Notes: generated from the sequence alone by a model not told the origin. A DNA stretch of 64,000 bases from an uncultured Thermoplasmata archaeon (GCA_964568665.1 CAZMPY010000026.1:62106-126105), one strand, 5' to 3'. Shown: positions 46,156 to 54,714, numbered from the stretch's first letter. A program made the numbers and translations.

Positions 46156-46692
46156 TCACACCACCCCTGGATGGAGCGCGCTTGCGGAGAGCGCCTGCTC
46201 GACACACTCGGCCGCTCTGGGACACCCTGCACCGGCCCCAAGCGCCCGGAGCCCGTCGGACATGCTCTGATGGGAATCGAGATAGTTGGCGGGGTCAGCG
46301 AGGAGCGCCCGCTTCATCCTGCCGACCAGGTTGTCCCTGCTGGCGCAGCATGTCCGACACCTCTTGTCGGACGGGCTCTCGTGGCAGGACAGCGCCCTCG
46401 TCAGGGACGAGAGTTCGAGCGCGGCCAGCTTCAGGCATCTGAGGGATTCTCCCCTGTAGCGTTTGTGCAGGTACCTCTTGAGGATGACTACATCCGGAGG
46501 GGCTGACGAGCTGACCGTGTTGACGATCCCGACGAGGCACTTGGCGTTCACCAGATCGTGGGCGCCGGGACATGAGCTGCAGTCGATCTCGAGCTGGAGC
46601 CCCTCGTCCTCCCGATACTCGTGCGGGCATGTGCTCTCCAGGTTCACAGTGGGTGCGAGCCTCTTGGACGGTCCTCTGCGGTGGTGTCGCAT
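46156..46692 (-). CDS. Cys-rich hypothetical protein upstream of, and in frame with, the pilus ATPase
   Basis: DCSSCPG..C, CRTCC, CPRAAEC; its TGA is followed immediately by the ATPase TTG in the same frame. Confidence 0.7.
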   Translation of the reverse strand: MRHHRRGPSKRLAPTVNLESTCPHEYREDEGLQLEIDCSSCPGAHDLVNAKCLVGIVNTVSSSAPPDVVILKRYLHKRYRGESLRCLKLAALELSSLTRALSCHESPSDKRCRTCCASRDNLVGRMKRALLADPANYLDSHQSMSDGLRALGAGAGCPRAAECVEQALSASALHPGVV

Positions 46693-46740
46693 ATCTGTCG
46701 GATTGTGCCTCGGAGTTCAAGTACGGGCCCCGCCGTTGTA

Positions 46741-46754
46741 CGCTACATGTAGCG
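46741..46754. promoter_or_regulatory. Perfect 14-bp palindrome between the divergent pilus gene blocks
   Basis: CGCTACATGTAGCG in the ~100-bp divergent intergenic region. Confidence 0.55.
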
Positions 46755-46790
46755 GTTCCGTACATTCCGACCCCTTCGAATCAGGCTCGC

Positions 46791-47243
46791 ATGAAAGCCG
46801 ACGATGCCGGGGTCGGAGGGTTCCTCGAAGACCTGCCAGTGCTGATGTTCGTGCTCGCAGGCGTGACGGTCCTGCTGTCGTCAGCGGTCTGGGCTGCGTC
46901 GTGGTTCGAGCAGGACCGGGGCGAGGAGTCCCTCGAGGACTCCGCCGAGAGGGTGCTGGAGACCGTGTTGTCCGGGCTCCCGTGCCCTCGCATGGGGTAT
47001 CCGACGGTCCAGGGCATCGTGGAATCGAACCTGACTGGCGCCGTGGAACAGTCAGCGCAGGGCGTGCATTGGCGGTTGGCCATCGTGATGCTGTACCCCG
47101 GTCCCGAGTGGCTCGTGTCGCTGTCAGATTGCGGGGTAGTCACTCCCGCATCCGCGTGCAGCGCTTCGAAGCTCCTGAGCGCATCGGGTCCCGACGGCGG
47201 CACGGTCGTCCTGGAGGTGACCGTTGTCGTCTGGTCGGCTTGA
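46791..47243 (+). CDS. Putative minor pilin (class III signal peptide-like)
   Basis: MKADDAG|VGGFLEDLPVLMFVLAGVTVLL: short charged leader, Gly, long hydrophobic helix. Confidence 0.62.
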   Translation: MKADDAGVGGFLEDLPVLMFVLAGVTVLLSSAVWAASWFEQDRGEESLEDSAERVLETVLSGLPCPRMGYPTVQGIVESNLTGAVEQSAQGVHWRLAIVMLYPGPEWLVSLSDCGVVTPASACSASKLLSASGPDGGTVVLEVTVVVWSA

Positions 47244-47778
47244 GAGCGAGTGCTCGGGGCAGCTCGCGCTCATGGATGCGATGGTGTTCTTCGCGGTCGC
47301 GCTGGCGGTGTGCTCCGCTACATTGGGCTACATGGACGACGGCGCCGCCGACGCGGACAGGTCTCAATGCGCCCGTGCCGATCCGTCCGCGGTGTTGGAG
47401 GTGTTCATGAGCTGCTCCCTCGGGTCCCCTGTGTCTCTGGACGGCCTGGTGCCGGTCGAGCTCACCGGGCGCGAGCAGGTCTGCGAATGCATACTCGCCG
47501 AGGCCTGGGCCCTCGAATCGGGGGCTGACATCGGGCGGTTCGCCGACCTTAACTCCGCCATCATGGGGGTCCTGAGGTCAGTATGCGCGCCTGGGTATGT
47601 CCCGCACCTCGTCGTGTATGTGCTCGATGAGTCCTCAGAGGGTCCGTTGATGGAAATCGAGGACCACCCGGCGCAGGCGCCTGACCGCCGTGCAGCGTCG
47701 ACAGTCCTGGCCGGTCCAGACGGGGGCGCCCTGCTCGTCTCACTTGTGCTTGAACCAGCCTCTTCGGGCCAGCTCTGA
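47224..47778 (+). CDS. Putative minor pilin (class III signal peptide-like)
   Basis: ...SG|QLALMDAMVFFAVALAVCS; overlaps the preceding pilin-like gene; start uncertain. Confidence 0.6.
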   Translation: MSSGRLESECSGQLALMDAMVFFAVALAVCSATLGYMDDGAADADRSQCARADPSAVLEVFMSCSLGSPVSLDGLVPVELTGREQVCECILAEAWALESGADIGRFADLNSAIMGVLRSVCAPGYVPHLVVYVLDESSEGPLMEIEDHPAQAPDRRAASTVLAGPDGGALLVSLVLEPASSGQL

Positions 47779-48090
47779 GAAGTCGGACTCGGTCGGCTTG
47801 ATCCTGGATTTCGAGTACCGTTCGCCCCGGGCGAGCTCCTTGGCCTGGACTATGAACATGGCCACTATGCCTCCCAGCGCCACATAGACGAACGCGCGGT
47901 CGTCCCTGCTCGTGCCGAGGTAGACCATCAGGAGCGAGAACCCCATGATGCCATACATCAGGTACGTTAGCTTCCCTGGAGGGATCGGTATGAGGGTCAC
48001 ATCCCCTCCGCACCTCGCGCACCTGTCCCGTATGGCGTACCAGGGCTTCGTCCTGAGCTCCTTGCACCTGGGGCAATAGGTGAACTTCAC
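47740..48090 (-). CDS. Small Zn-ribbon plus 2-TM membrane protein
   Basis: CPRC...CARC followed by two hydrophobic helices; coding-like codon usage. Confidence 0.7.
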   Translation of the reverse strand: MKFTYCPRCKELRTKPWYAIRDRCARCGGDVTLIPIPPGKLTYLMYGIMGFSLLMVYLGTSRDDRAFVYVALGGIVAMFIVQAKELARGERYSKSRIKPTESDFSELARRGWFKHK

Positions 48091-48176
48091 GCCCTCGGGA
48101 TGGTTCGGGAGCTATATAATCTGCTTCGGGGCCGTCATCGAAACGTAGAGGTTCCAGGAACGCTTTCTCCCCCTCC

Positions 48177-48404
48177 ATGGAACCCGCCAACAAGCCGACC
48201 GACGAGTCGTACACCCACGAGGAGCGGATCGTCCTGGCGTCGCTCAGGAAGTCGTCCCGGCGCACGTGCAAATACTGCGCCTGGCTGTCGATGCGAGGTC
48301 AGCAGCGCGGATGCTTCCCCGAGGGGAAGTACAGGAAGTTCCTCTCCCCGGATGAATATGATTCGGGTTGCGAGCGGTTCGCCGCGAGGGTCGTGAAGGC
48401 GTGA
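48177..48404 (+). CDS. Small Cys-rich hypothetical protein
   Basis: TCKYC...GCF...GCERF; own TATA-like box (CTATATAA ~48112). Confidence 0.65.
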   Translation: MEPANKPTDESYTHEERIVLASLRKSSRRTCKYCAWLSMRGQQRGCFPEGKYRKFLSPDEYDSGCERFAARVVKA

Positions 48405-48406
48405 GG

Positions 48407-48491
48407 TGCAGGGGCGCGGATTCGAACCGCGGAACCACTTCTGGACAAGGTCCTAAGCCTTGCGCCGTTGGCCGGACTTGGCTACCCCTGC
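48407..48491 (-). tRNA. tRNA-Leu(TAG), full CCA not encoded
   Basis: Reverse complement GCAGGGG...CCCCTGC-A; anticodon arm CAAGG-CTTAGGA-CCTTG; long variable arm; GGTTCGAATCC. Confidence 0.96.
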
Positions 48492-48560
48492 ATGGCGTGC
48501 AAGTGCGAGATATCTGGCACGATATATGAAGGAATCGAATCCCGCTTGCGAGGCCCCGTC

Positions 48561-49007
48561 TCAACGGGGTTGTTTCTTCACGAGCTGCTCGTCCAGGAAC
48601 AGGCGCGCGATCTCGTAGGCCGTCTCCCGCTTCGCGGGGTACGTGCTTATCCGGAGCCGCACTAGTATGGCGTCATCGTTCCCTGCGAGCTTGACCGTGC
48701 CACCATACGCCGCCTGCTTGTCAACGCGGACGAAGAAGTTGCACCCTTCGTCCATGCGCTGGTCGATGCTTTCCCGGAGCCGATCCAGGTCGTCGTCAGA
48801 GAACCTCCCGAAGAACGCCTCGACTGTCTTCGGGTCCTTCAGCTCCGCCTCGAGGATGATTATCCTGTTGCCGTGGTGCCCGCGCGCCTCGGTCACATCG
48901 AGCGGTGCATCCCCGACCACCTGGACGAGGGCCTGCCTCACGCGCTGCTCGTCCTCGGTGGCGTGGCAGATCGCCCGGACATGCATGCTCGCGAAGGTCC
49001 TTCTCAC
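48561..49007 (-). CDS. COG1325 RNA-binding protein (predicted exosome-associated)
   Basis: ICHATEDEQRV..AL, GHHGNRI, FFVRVDKQAAY; GTG start. Confidence 0.85.
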   Translation of the reverse strand: MRRTFASMHVRAICHATEDEQRVRQALVQVVGDAPLDVTEARGHHGNRIIILEAELKDPKTVEAFFGRFSDDDLDRLRESIDQRMDEGCNFFVRVDKQAAYGGTVKLAGNDDAILVRLRISTYPAKRETAYEIARLFLDEQLVKKQPR

Positions 49008-49160
49008 GGTCCGATTGAACGCGGTCCTGATATGTAAAACCGTGCGACGCGGCCATGAGAACACCTAGCGTGATGGGCGTTCGCCTGGCCTGCCCCGGAT
49101 TTTGTGGATGGGTCAATGCTTAATAGGTATGAAGCGCTAACATGGAAAACGGTGTACCCG

Positions 49161-49718
49161 TTGATTGAAGTCAGGTTCCACGGGAGAGGTGGCCAGGGCG
49201 CGGTCGTTGCTTCCGAAGTATTGGCGAAGGCTGCTTTTAGGATGGGCTTCGAGGTGTCTTCTTTCCCGTTCTTCGGCGTGGAACGCCGGGGGGCACCGGT
49301 CACCGCGTTCGCGCGGATCGACAGCAAGCCCATCAGATTGAAATCGAGCATCTACGAGCCAGACTACGTCGTCGTGCTCGACAACTCCCTCCTGAGGGGG
49401 GTCGACGTCCTGGAAGGGCTGAAGCCAGAGGGTCGGGTGCTGATCAACTATCCTGACGGGAAGCAGCTCGCAGGGTTACCAGCGAGATTCAAGTATCATG
49501 TGCTGGACGCGACCGACATCGCCGTCGCGCACGGCATCGGGTCGCGCACGACGCCGATCGTGAACACCGCCATCATGGGCGGGTTCGCGAAGATGTGCGG
49601 CCAGATAACGCTGGAGGCCATGCTCGACAGCATACGCGAGGTGGCCCCCGTCAAGCCGGAGGAGAACGTGGCCGCGGCCCGCGACGCGTTCGAGCGCACC
49701 AAGGAGGTGTCCCTATGA
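49161..49718 (+). CDS. porC: Pyruvate/2-ketoisovalerate:ferredoxin oxidoreductase gamma subunit
   Basis: IEVRFHGRGGQG, FGVERRGAPV, VNTAIMG; TTG start. Confidence 0.93.
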   Translation: MIEVRFHGRGGQGAVVASEVLAKAAFRMGFEVSSFPFFGVERRGAPVTAFARIDSKPIRLKSSIYEPDYVVVLDNSLLRGVDVLEGLKPEGRVLINYPDGKQLAGLPARFKYHVLDATDIAVAHGIGSRTTPIVNTAIMGGFAKMCGQITLEAMLDSIREVAPVKPEENVAAARDAFERTKEVSL

Positions 49719-49987
49719 CCAAGACCTACCAGGAACTCCCTCTCACGCCGATATCGGATGCTCCGAGCACGATCAACCTCACAGGGTACTGGCGTGTCAT
49801 CCGGCCTGTCGTGGACAAGGAGAAGTGCAAGAGGTGCACGATATGCTGGAAGTTCTGCCCCGACGGCTCAATCGTGCTCGTCGACGGCGTCCCGGAGATC
49901 GACCTCAACTACTGCAAGGGGTGTGGGATATGCGCCCACGAGTGCCCGTCCAAGTGCATAACCATGGTCCAGGAGGGTCAGGAATGA
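49715..49987 (+). CDS. porD: POR delta subunit (ferredoxin-like)
   Basis: TGYWR..RPVVD, CKRCTICWKFCP, YCKGCGICAHECP. Confidence 0.93.
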   Translation: MTKTYQELPLTPISDAPSTINLTGYWRVIRPVVDKEKCKRCTICWKFCPDGSIVLVDGVPEIDLNYCKGCGICAHECPSKCITMVQEGQE

Positions 49988-51171
49988 GGAAGGTCATGAC
50001 GGGCAACTACGCCTCGGCATACGGTGCGAAGCTCTCCAGGGCCGAGGTGATAGCCGCCTACCCGATCACGCCGCAGACCTCCATCGTGGAGAAGCTGGCG
50101 GACATGGTCTCCGCGGGCGAGCTCAACGCCAAGTTCATACCGGTCGAGAGCGAGCACAGCGCCATGGCCGCATGCATAGCCGCCGAGACCGCAGGCGCCA
50201 GGACCTACACCGCGACGAGCTCCCACGGACTCACGCTCATGCACGAGGTCCTTATGTGGGCCTCGGGGGCGAGACTCCCGATCGTGATGACGAACGTGAG
50301 CCGCGCGATGGCCCCGCCGTGGAGCGTCTGGGTCGACCACATGGATTCCATCGCGCAGAGGGATACCGGCTGGCTGCAGTTCTTCTGTCAGAGCAACCAG
50401 GAGGTGCTCGACACCATCATAATGGCCTACAAGGTGTGCGAGAGCAAGAGCGTCATGCTCCCCGCCATGGTCATAGAGGACGCCTTCATCCTGTCGCACA
50501 CGTCGGAGCCGGTGGACATTCCGGAACAGGACGCCGTCGACAGCTTCCTGCCCTCGTACGAGCCCGAGTTCAAGCTCGAGCCAGGCAAGGCCATGGGCTT
50601 CGGCTCGCTCGTCCGGCCGGACCAGTACATGGAGTTCAGATACAAGGCGATGCTCGCCATGAAGGACGCCCACGACAGGTTCCTCAGAGTCGAGCAGGAG
50701 TTCAAGCAGGTCTTCGGGCGAGAGCACGGCGGCCTGCTGGAGCGCTACAGGTGCGACGACGCGGAGGTCGTGCTCGTGGCCGCTGGGTCCGTCGCGGGCA
50801 CTGCGAAGGAAGTGGTCGACGCCATGAGGGCGAAGAACATACCTGTCGGACTCGCCAGGATCCGCGCGTTCAGGCCGTTCCCGCACGACGAGGTCAGGGC
50901 GCTGGCCAGCAAGGTCGCGGGCCTCGCGGTGCTGGACAGGTCGTACACATTCGGCGCGGCGGGCGCGATGTTCACCGAGATCAAGGCCTCAGTGTACTCG
51001 TGCGCGAAGCGCCCCGTGATGAAGAACTACATCGCTGGCCTGGGCGGAAGGGACATCACCCCACGGATCCTCGAGCGGATATTCGAGGACATGCTCCTCG
51101 TGGCCAAGAGGCCGGAGGAGAGCGAGGTCGAGTGGGTGGATGTCGCAGGCCTGCCTAAGAGGTGGAAGTGA
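49984..51171 (+). CDS. porA: POR alpha subunit
   Basis: AYPITPQT, VESEHSA, TATSSHG, NVSRA, GLGGRD. Confidence 0.93.
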   Translation: MRKVMTGNYASAYGAKLSRAEVIAAYPITPQTSIVEKLADMVSAGELNAKFIPVESEHSAMAACIAAETAGARTYTATSSHGLTLMHEVLMWASGARLPIVMTNVSRAMAPPWSVWVDHMDSIAQRDTGWLQFFCQSNQEVLDTIIMAYKVCESKSVMLPAMVIEDAFILSHTSEPVDIPEQDAVDSFLPSYEPEFKLEPGKAMGFGSLVRPDQYMEFRYKAMLAMKDAHDRFLRVEQEFKQVFGREHGGLLERYRCDDAEVVLVAAGSVAGTAKEVVDAMRAKNIPVGLARIRAFRPFPHDEVRALASKVAGLAVLDRSYTFGAAGAMFTEIKASVYSCAKRPVMKNYIAGLGGRDITPRILERIFEDMLLVAKRPEESEVEWVDVAGLPKRWK

Positions 51172-52061
51172 TGGCGAAGACCACCATCCCCGAGCAGGAA
51201 TACACATATCCTGGCAACACCGGCTGCCCCGGCTGCGGAGCGAACCTCGTGATGAGGTACCTCCTCAAGGGGCTGGGCGAGCGCACGATGCTCGCGATAC
51301 CGGCATGCTGCTGGGCTGTCATGCCAGGCTACTGGCCGAGCAACTGTCTCAAGGTGCCGCTGCTGTACAACGCGTTCGAGGCGACGGGGGCGGCCATATC
51401 CGGCGTCCGCGCCGCCCTGGACATCAAGGGCGTGAAGGATGTCACGGTCGTCGGGTTCGCGGGGGACGGGGGCACGGTCGACATTGGCATACAGGCGCTC
51501 TCCGGGGCCGCAGAGCGGCGGACCGATGCGATATACGTGATGTATGATAACGAGGCGTACATGAACACGGGCATACAGCGGAGCGGGTCCACGCCCTGGG
51601 GGGCCTGGACGACGACCACCCCCGTGGCCTCGCACAGCGACTTCAAGCACGAGCCCAAGAAGGACATCATGGCGATCATGCAGGCACACAGGATACCCTA
51701 CGCGGCGACGGTGTCGGTCGCATACCCCGAGGACTTCATCCGCAAGGCGGAGAAGGCCAAGGGCATGAAGGGACTGAGGTTCATCCACGCGATGTCACCA
51801 TGCCCACCCGGCTGGCGCATCAACCCGGCGGCGTCCATCGAGGTCGCCAGGCTGGCGGTCGACACCCACATGTTCCCCCTCTACGAGATCGAGGACGGCA
51901 AGGTGCGGATAACGCGCAAGGGCAAGGGCCTGCCGGTCTCCGAGTACCTCAAGCTCCAGGGGCGGTTCTCGCACCTGGGCGAGTCGGAAGTCGCATCGAT
52001 CCAGGCGGCAGTCGACGAGAACTGGAAGCGCCTGGTCGAGAAGGAGTTGTCGGGGACCTGA
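51171..52061 (+). CDS. porB: POR beta subunit
   Basis: GCPGCG, GDGGTVDIG, DNEAYMNTGIQRS, SPCPPGW. Confidence 0.93.
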   Translation: MAKTTIPEQEYTYPGNTGCPGCGANLVMRYLLKGLGERTMLAIPACCWAVMPGYWPSNCLKVPLLYNAFEATGAAISGVRAALDIKGVKDVTVVGFAGDGGTVDIGIQALSGAAERRTDAIYVMYDNEAYMNTGIQRSGSTPWGAWTTTTPVASHSDFKHEPKKDIMAIMQAHRIPYAATVSVAYPEDFIRKAEKAKGMKGLRFIHAMSPCPPGWRINPAASIEVARLAVDTHMFPLYEIEDGKVRITRKGKGLPVSEYLKLQGRFSHLGESEVASIQAAVDENWKRLVEKELSGT

Positions 52062-52064
52062 GCG

Positions 52065-53168
52065 TCACTCGACGGTCACGAGCCTCTTCCGCCTGTACCC
52101 GGTCACGACCTTGACCCTGCCCTTGAACCGCAGGTCTAGCTCCGGGTCCCCTGTATCGGCTCTCAGGACCGGCGTGCCCCTCAGTTTCGTCGGCGTGGCT
52201 ATCACGACGACATTCTCCGGGCCCGCAGCGCGTATCACCTTCGGTGAGATCTGCTGGTTGCCCCTGCCGAAGAAGAAGCCCTGAGCGCCGATGGGCGTCA
52301 CGACGATCCTCGCGGGCAGGTCAGAGCCATCGAGCACCCGGAGCAGGTCCTTCTCGGAGGCGTCCTGACAGCAGGGCTCGCCGTCCCTGAAGACATCCAC
52401 GCCCAGGAGCGTCTTCGGCTTCCCGAGCACCTCGGCCACCTTCGCAGTCGTGCTGCCTGGGCCCAGGATGCAAAGGGTCCCCGGGACCACCGTCTCGGCG
52501 ATGTAGTGGGCGATCTCATCCGTCTCCTCGTCCGCGGTCCCTGAATGGTACGCCTCCTTGCTCGATTGCATGTGGGCATGGTCGTCCGGCACCTCGACCA
52601 TCGCGTACAACCTGGCCTGGACCTTACCCTCCCGGAAGAGCGACTCGTCGACGTCCATGACCTCCGCGCCACGCGTCCGGCCTTCGCCGGCGAAGGCTTC
52701 GAGGAGGTCCGCCAGGTCCCGCGGTTCGTTGACGAACACCCCCGACTGCATCTTCACTCCCGCGGGTATGCCAACGACCGGCACCTTCCGGCCGACGACC
52801 TCCGCGATGTCCCTCGCGGTGCCGTCGCCTCCAGCGAAGACTATGATGTCGACCCCCTCGTCCAGGAACCTCTGCACGGCGGCCTTCGTGTCCTCGGCCG
52901 AGGTGTGCTGGCCGGTCTCGTGGACCACTCTGGACGACATCCCCGCATCCGTCAGCTCGCTTGCGCCCATCTCCCCTGAGCAGGTCACAATCTCGAGGTC
53001 CAGCCCTCTGTCCGCGAGGTTCCTCAGGGCGTATGTCGCGCGTGCGGGCGATACCTTCTCGCCGCCCCTCGCAGCGGCCTCGCGGGCCATGTCAGGTCCG
53101 TCCGTACCCTTCAGCCCGACGGAGCCGCCCATGCCGGCGACCGGGTTGACCAGGAGGCCGATCTTCAC
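52065..53168 (-). CDS. ATP-NAD kinase family protein (COG3199-like)
   Basis: NPVAGMGG..GLKGTDG, GGDGTARD, GIPAGVKM.SGVF, LGRG-like FGRGNQQISP; GTG start at 53168. Confidence 0.85.
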   Translation of the reverse strand: MKIGLLVNPVAGMGGSVGLKGTDGPDMAREAAARGGEKVSPARATYALRNLADRGLDLEIVTCSGEMGASELTDAGMSSRVVHETGQHTSAEDTKAAVQRFLDEGVDIIVFAGGDGTARDIAEVVGRKVPVVGIPAGVKMQSGVFVNEPRDLADLLEAFAGEGRTRGAEVMDVDESLFREGKVQARLYAMVEVPDDHAHMQSSKEAYHSGTADEETDEIAHYIAETVVPGTLCILGPGSTTAKVAEVLGKPKTLLGVDVFRDGEPCCQDASEKDLLRVLDGSDLPARIVVTPIGAQGFFFGRGNQQISPKVIRAAGPENVVVIATPTKLRGTPVLRADTGDPELDLRFKGRVKVVTGYRRKRLVTVE

Positions 53169-53244
53169 GGATGGCGTTAACGGTCTCATGGATAGAAGTC
53201 ATTTGCGCCGCCCCGCCGGCAGCTACTGGGCGGAATGAAATGTC

Positions 53245-53367
53245 TCAAAGGGTTTCGTAGGTTTGCTCGTCAGCCAGTTCGACGTCGCAGTCATCGGATG
53301 TGGCCAGCCACCACTCAAGGAGCAGGTCGGAGATGTCTTCGCAGGGTTCTTGCATGGTGTCCGCCAC
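53245..53367 (-). CDS. Putative 40-aa acidic microprotein (below the ORF-track cutoff)
   Basis: GTG 53367 (or ATG 53355): MADTMQEPCEDISDLLLEWWLATSDDCDVELADEQTYETL; coding-like codons; starts 20 nt after the ftsZ-like stop; AGAAGG upstream. Confidence 0.55.
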   Translation of the reverse strand: MADTMQEPCEDISDLLLEWWLATSDDCDVELADEQTYETL

Positions 53368-53386
53368 ATCCGCCTTCTACGGCCGC

Positions 53387-54268
53387 CTACCTGAACCCGC
53401 CCGTCATGTCGTACATGCTGGGGGGGCTGAAATCGGTCAGCCCGGGCGCGAGCCCGGCGTGCATGAGCTGCTCAGGAGCTTCCTGGGGCGGTGTCTGCAT
53501 CGGCTCGTCGTAGGTCTCGATGCCACCAGTCACATCCTCCATGAGGTTGCTCACATACGAGCTGGTCTTGTCGCAGACGGTCTCGACCAGCTTCATGACG
53601 CTCTTCTCCATGAGCCTCATGGCGTCGTTGAACGACACATCTGGCACCGATTCGAGGGTCTTGTTGTGGTCGAGCACGACCGTTATGTCGGCCTGCTCCC
53701 TCAACCTCCGTACACCCTCGATTGCGAGCTTCATCCTCTTCTCGCCCTCGAGGCCGAACGGGAGTATCGGCACGGCGAATGTGACCGCGTTGACCTCCTT
53801 CGCGGCGCTGGCGACGATCGGGGCGGCGCCCGTGCCTGTGCCTCCGCCCATGCCAGCGACTATGAACACGATATCGTGGCCCTTGAGCACTTCCTTAAGG
53901 ACCTCCCTTGACTTCTCGGCGCAGTGCTCCCCGATCTCGGGGAACCCTCCAGCGTCCTGGCCGAATGTGACATCCTTGCCGATCAGCACCTTCGTGTGCG
54001 CTTCGCATGCGCGCAGGTGCTCGTGGTCGGTGTTTACGGCCACGGTGTCGACACGGTTCGATTCACTGTAGATCCTGCTCACGATGTTCTGCCCGGCTCC
54101 CCCGACGCCGACTACGGCGATCGATGGTTCGCCCAGGCTCACCCCGAATGCGTGGATTATGTCCTCCGTCCTGCTCCCTTCCGTCATCCTTTTGGCCTCC
54201 GTCCTTCCCATCGGCTGGCCTCGGACGAGAACACCCGAGAGAGTGTCCTCACTTCCTTGGTCTGTCAA
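53387..54268 (-). CDS. Truncated FtsZ homologue (N-terminal GTP-binding domain and H7 only)
   Basis: GVGGAG, VNTD, AGMGGGTGTGAAP, PF..EG..R present; T7 region reads SYVSNLMEDV; no C-terminal domain; start 54268 (TTG) or 54211 (ATG). Confidence 0.85.
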   Translation of the reverse strand: MTDQGSEDTLSGVLVRGQPMGRTEAKRMTEGSRTEDIIHAFGVSLGEPSIAVVGVGGAGQNIVSRIYSESNRVDTVAVNTDHEHLRACEAHTKVLIGKDVTFGQDAGGFPEIGEHCAEKSREVLKEVLKGHDIVFIVAGMGGGTGTGAAPIVASAAKEVNAVTFAVPILPFGLEGEKRMKLAIEGVRRLREQADITVVLDHNKTLESVPDVSFNDAMRLMEKSVMKLVETVCDKTSSYVSNLMEDVTGGIETYDEPMQTPPQEAPEQLMHAGLAPGLTDFSPPSMYDMTGGFR

Positions 54269-54287
54269 GGCGCCCTCAAACGGTTGC

Positions 54288-54674
54288 CTACGCGTCAGGG
54301 ACGACCTTCATGGCGCTTCTCTGCTGCATCGCGTCCTTCTTAAGCGCCTCCACGTGCTCCGCGTGGAGGAACTTGTCCCGGGCGCAATCCGCCACTGCCT
54401 CGGATATCGAGCTATAGACACCCTCGGCTACCAGGTGTGCGATCATGTCCAGAACGAGTGGCGGCAGCGTGACCTCCACATCGTTCGGCTTCCTGGTCGT
54501 CCCCGTTGCACTGCCCGTCTTCGCCTCCACGTACGCGTGGATGGCGGCGCGGGCGAGTTGAGACCTGTTGGAGAACTCCGTGCTCCGGTTGATGAACTCG
54601 TCCAGCAACCGTAGCTCCTCGGCGTTGAGGCGGATCGTTATCCGCTCGTTCTCGTTCTCCGACGGGTCAGACAT
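54288..54674 (-). CDS. Tandem ribbon-helix-helix regulator (CdrS-like)
   Basis: Two RHH repeats: RITIRL..FSNRSQLARAAI and VEVTLP..YSSISEAVADCA; sits directly upstream of the ftsZ-like gene, as cdrS does in haloarchaea. Confidence 0.82.
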   Translation of the reverse strand: MSDPSENENERITIRLNAEELRLLDEFINRSTEFSNRSQLARAAIHAYVEAKTGSATGTTRKPNDVEVTLPPLVLDMIAHLVAEGVYSSISEAVADCARDKFLHAEHVEALKKDAMQQRSAMKVVPDA

Positions 54675-54714
54675 GTGTGCATCCCATCCCGATTTGCTGA
54701 CGCAAGGGGAACAT

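Noticed and set aside
46156-46158. Selenocysteine recoding of the in-frame TGA
   Set aside because: No SECIS-like element or sel genes are evident, and a usable SD precedes the downstream TTG.
24832-48491. tRNA-Ser or tRNA-Leu as an attB site of an integrated element
   Set aside because: No duplicated tRNA 3' end was found, and core genes flank both tRNAs.
53387-53600. ftsZ-like gene as a frameshifted pseudogene
   Set aside because: I saw no FtsZ C-terminal domain sequence in the other frames over the stretch I translated, and codon usage stays coding-like to the stop; treated as a natural truncation pending comparative data.
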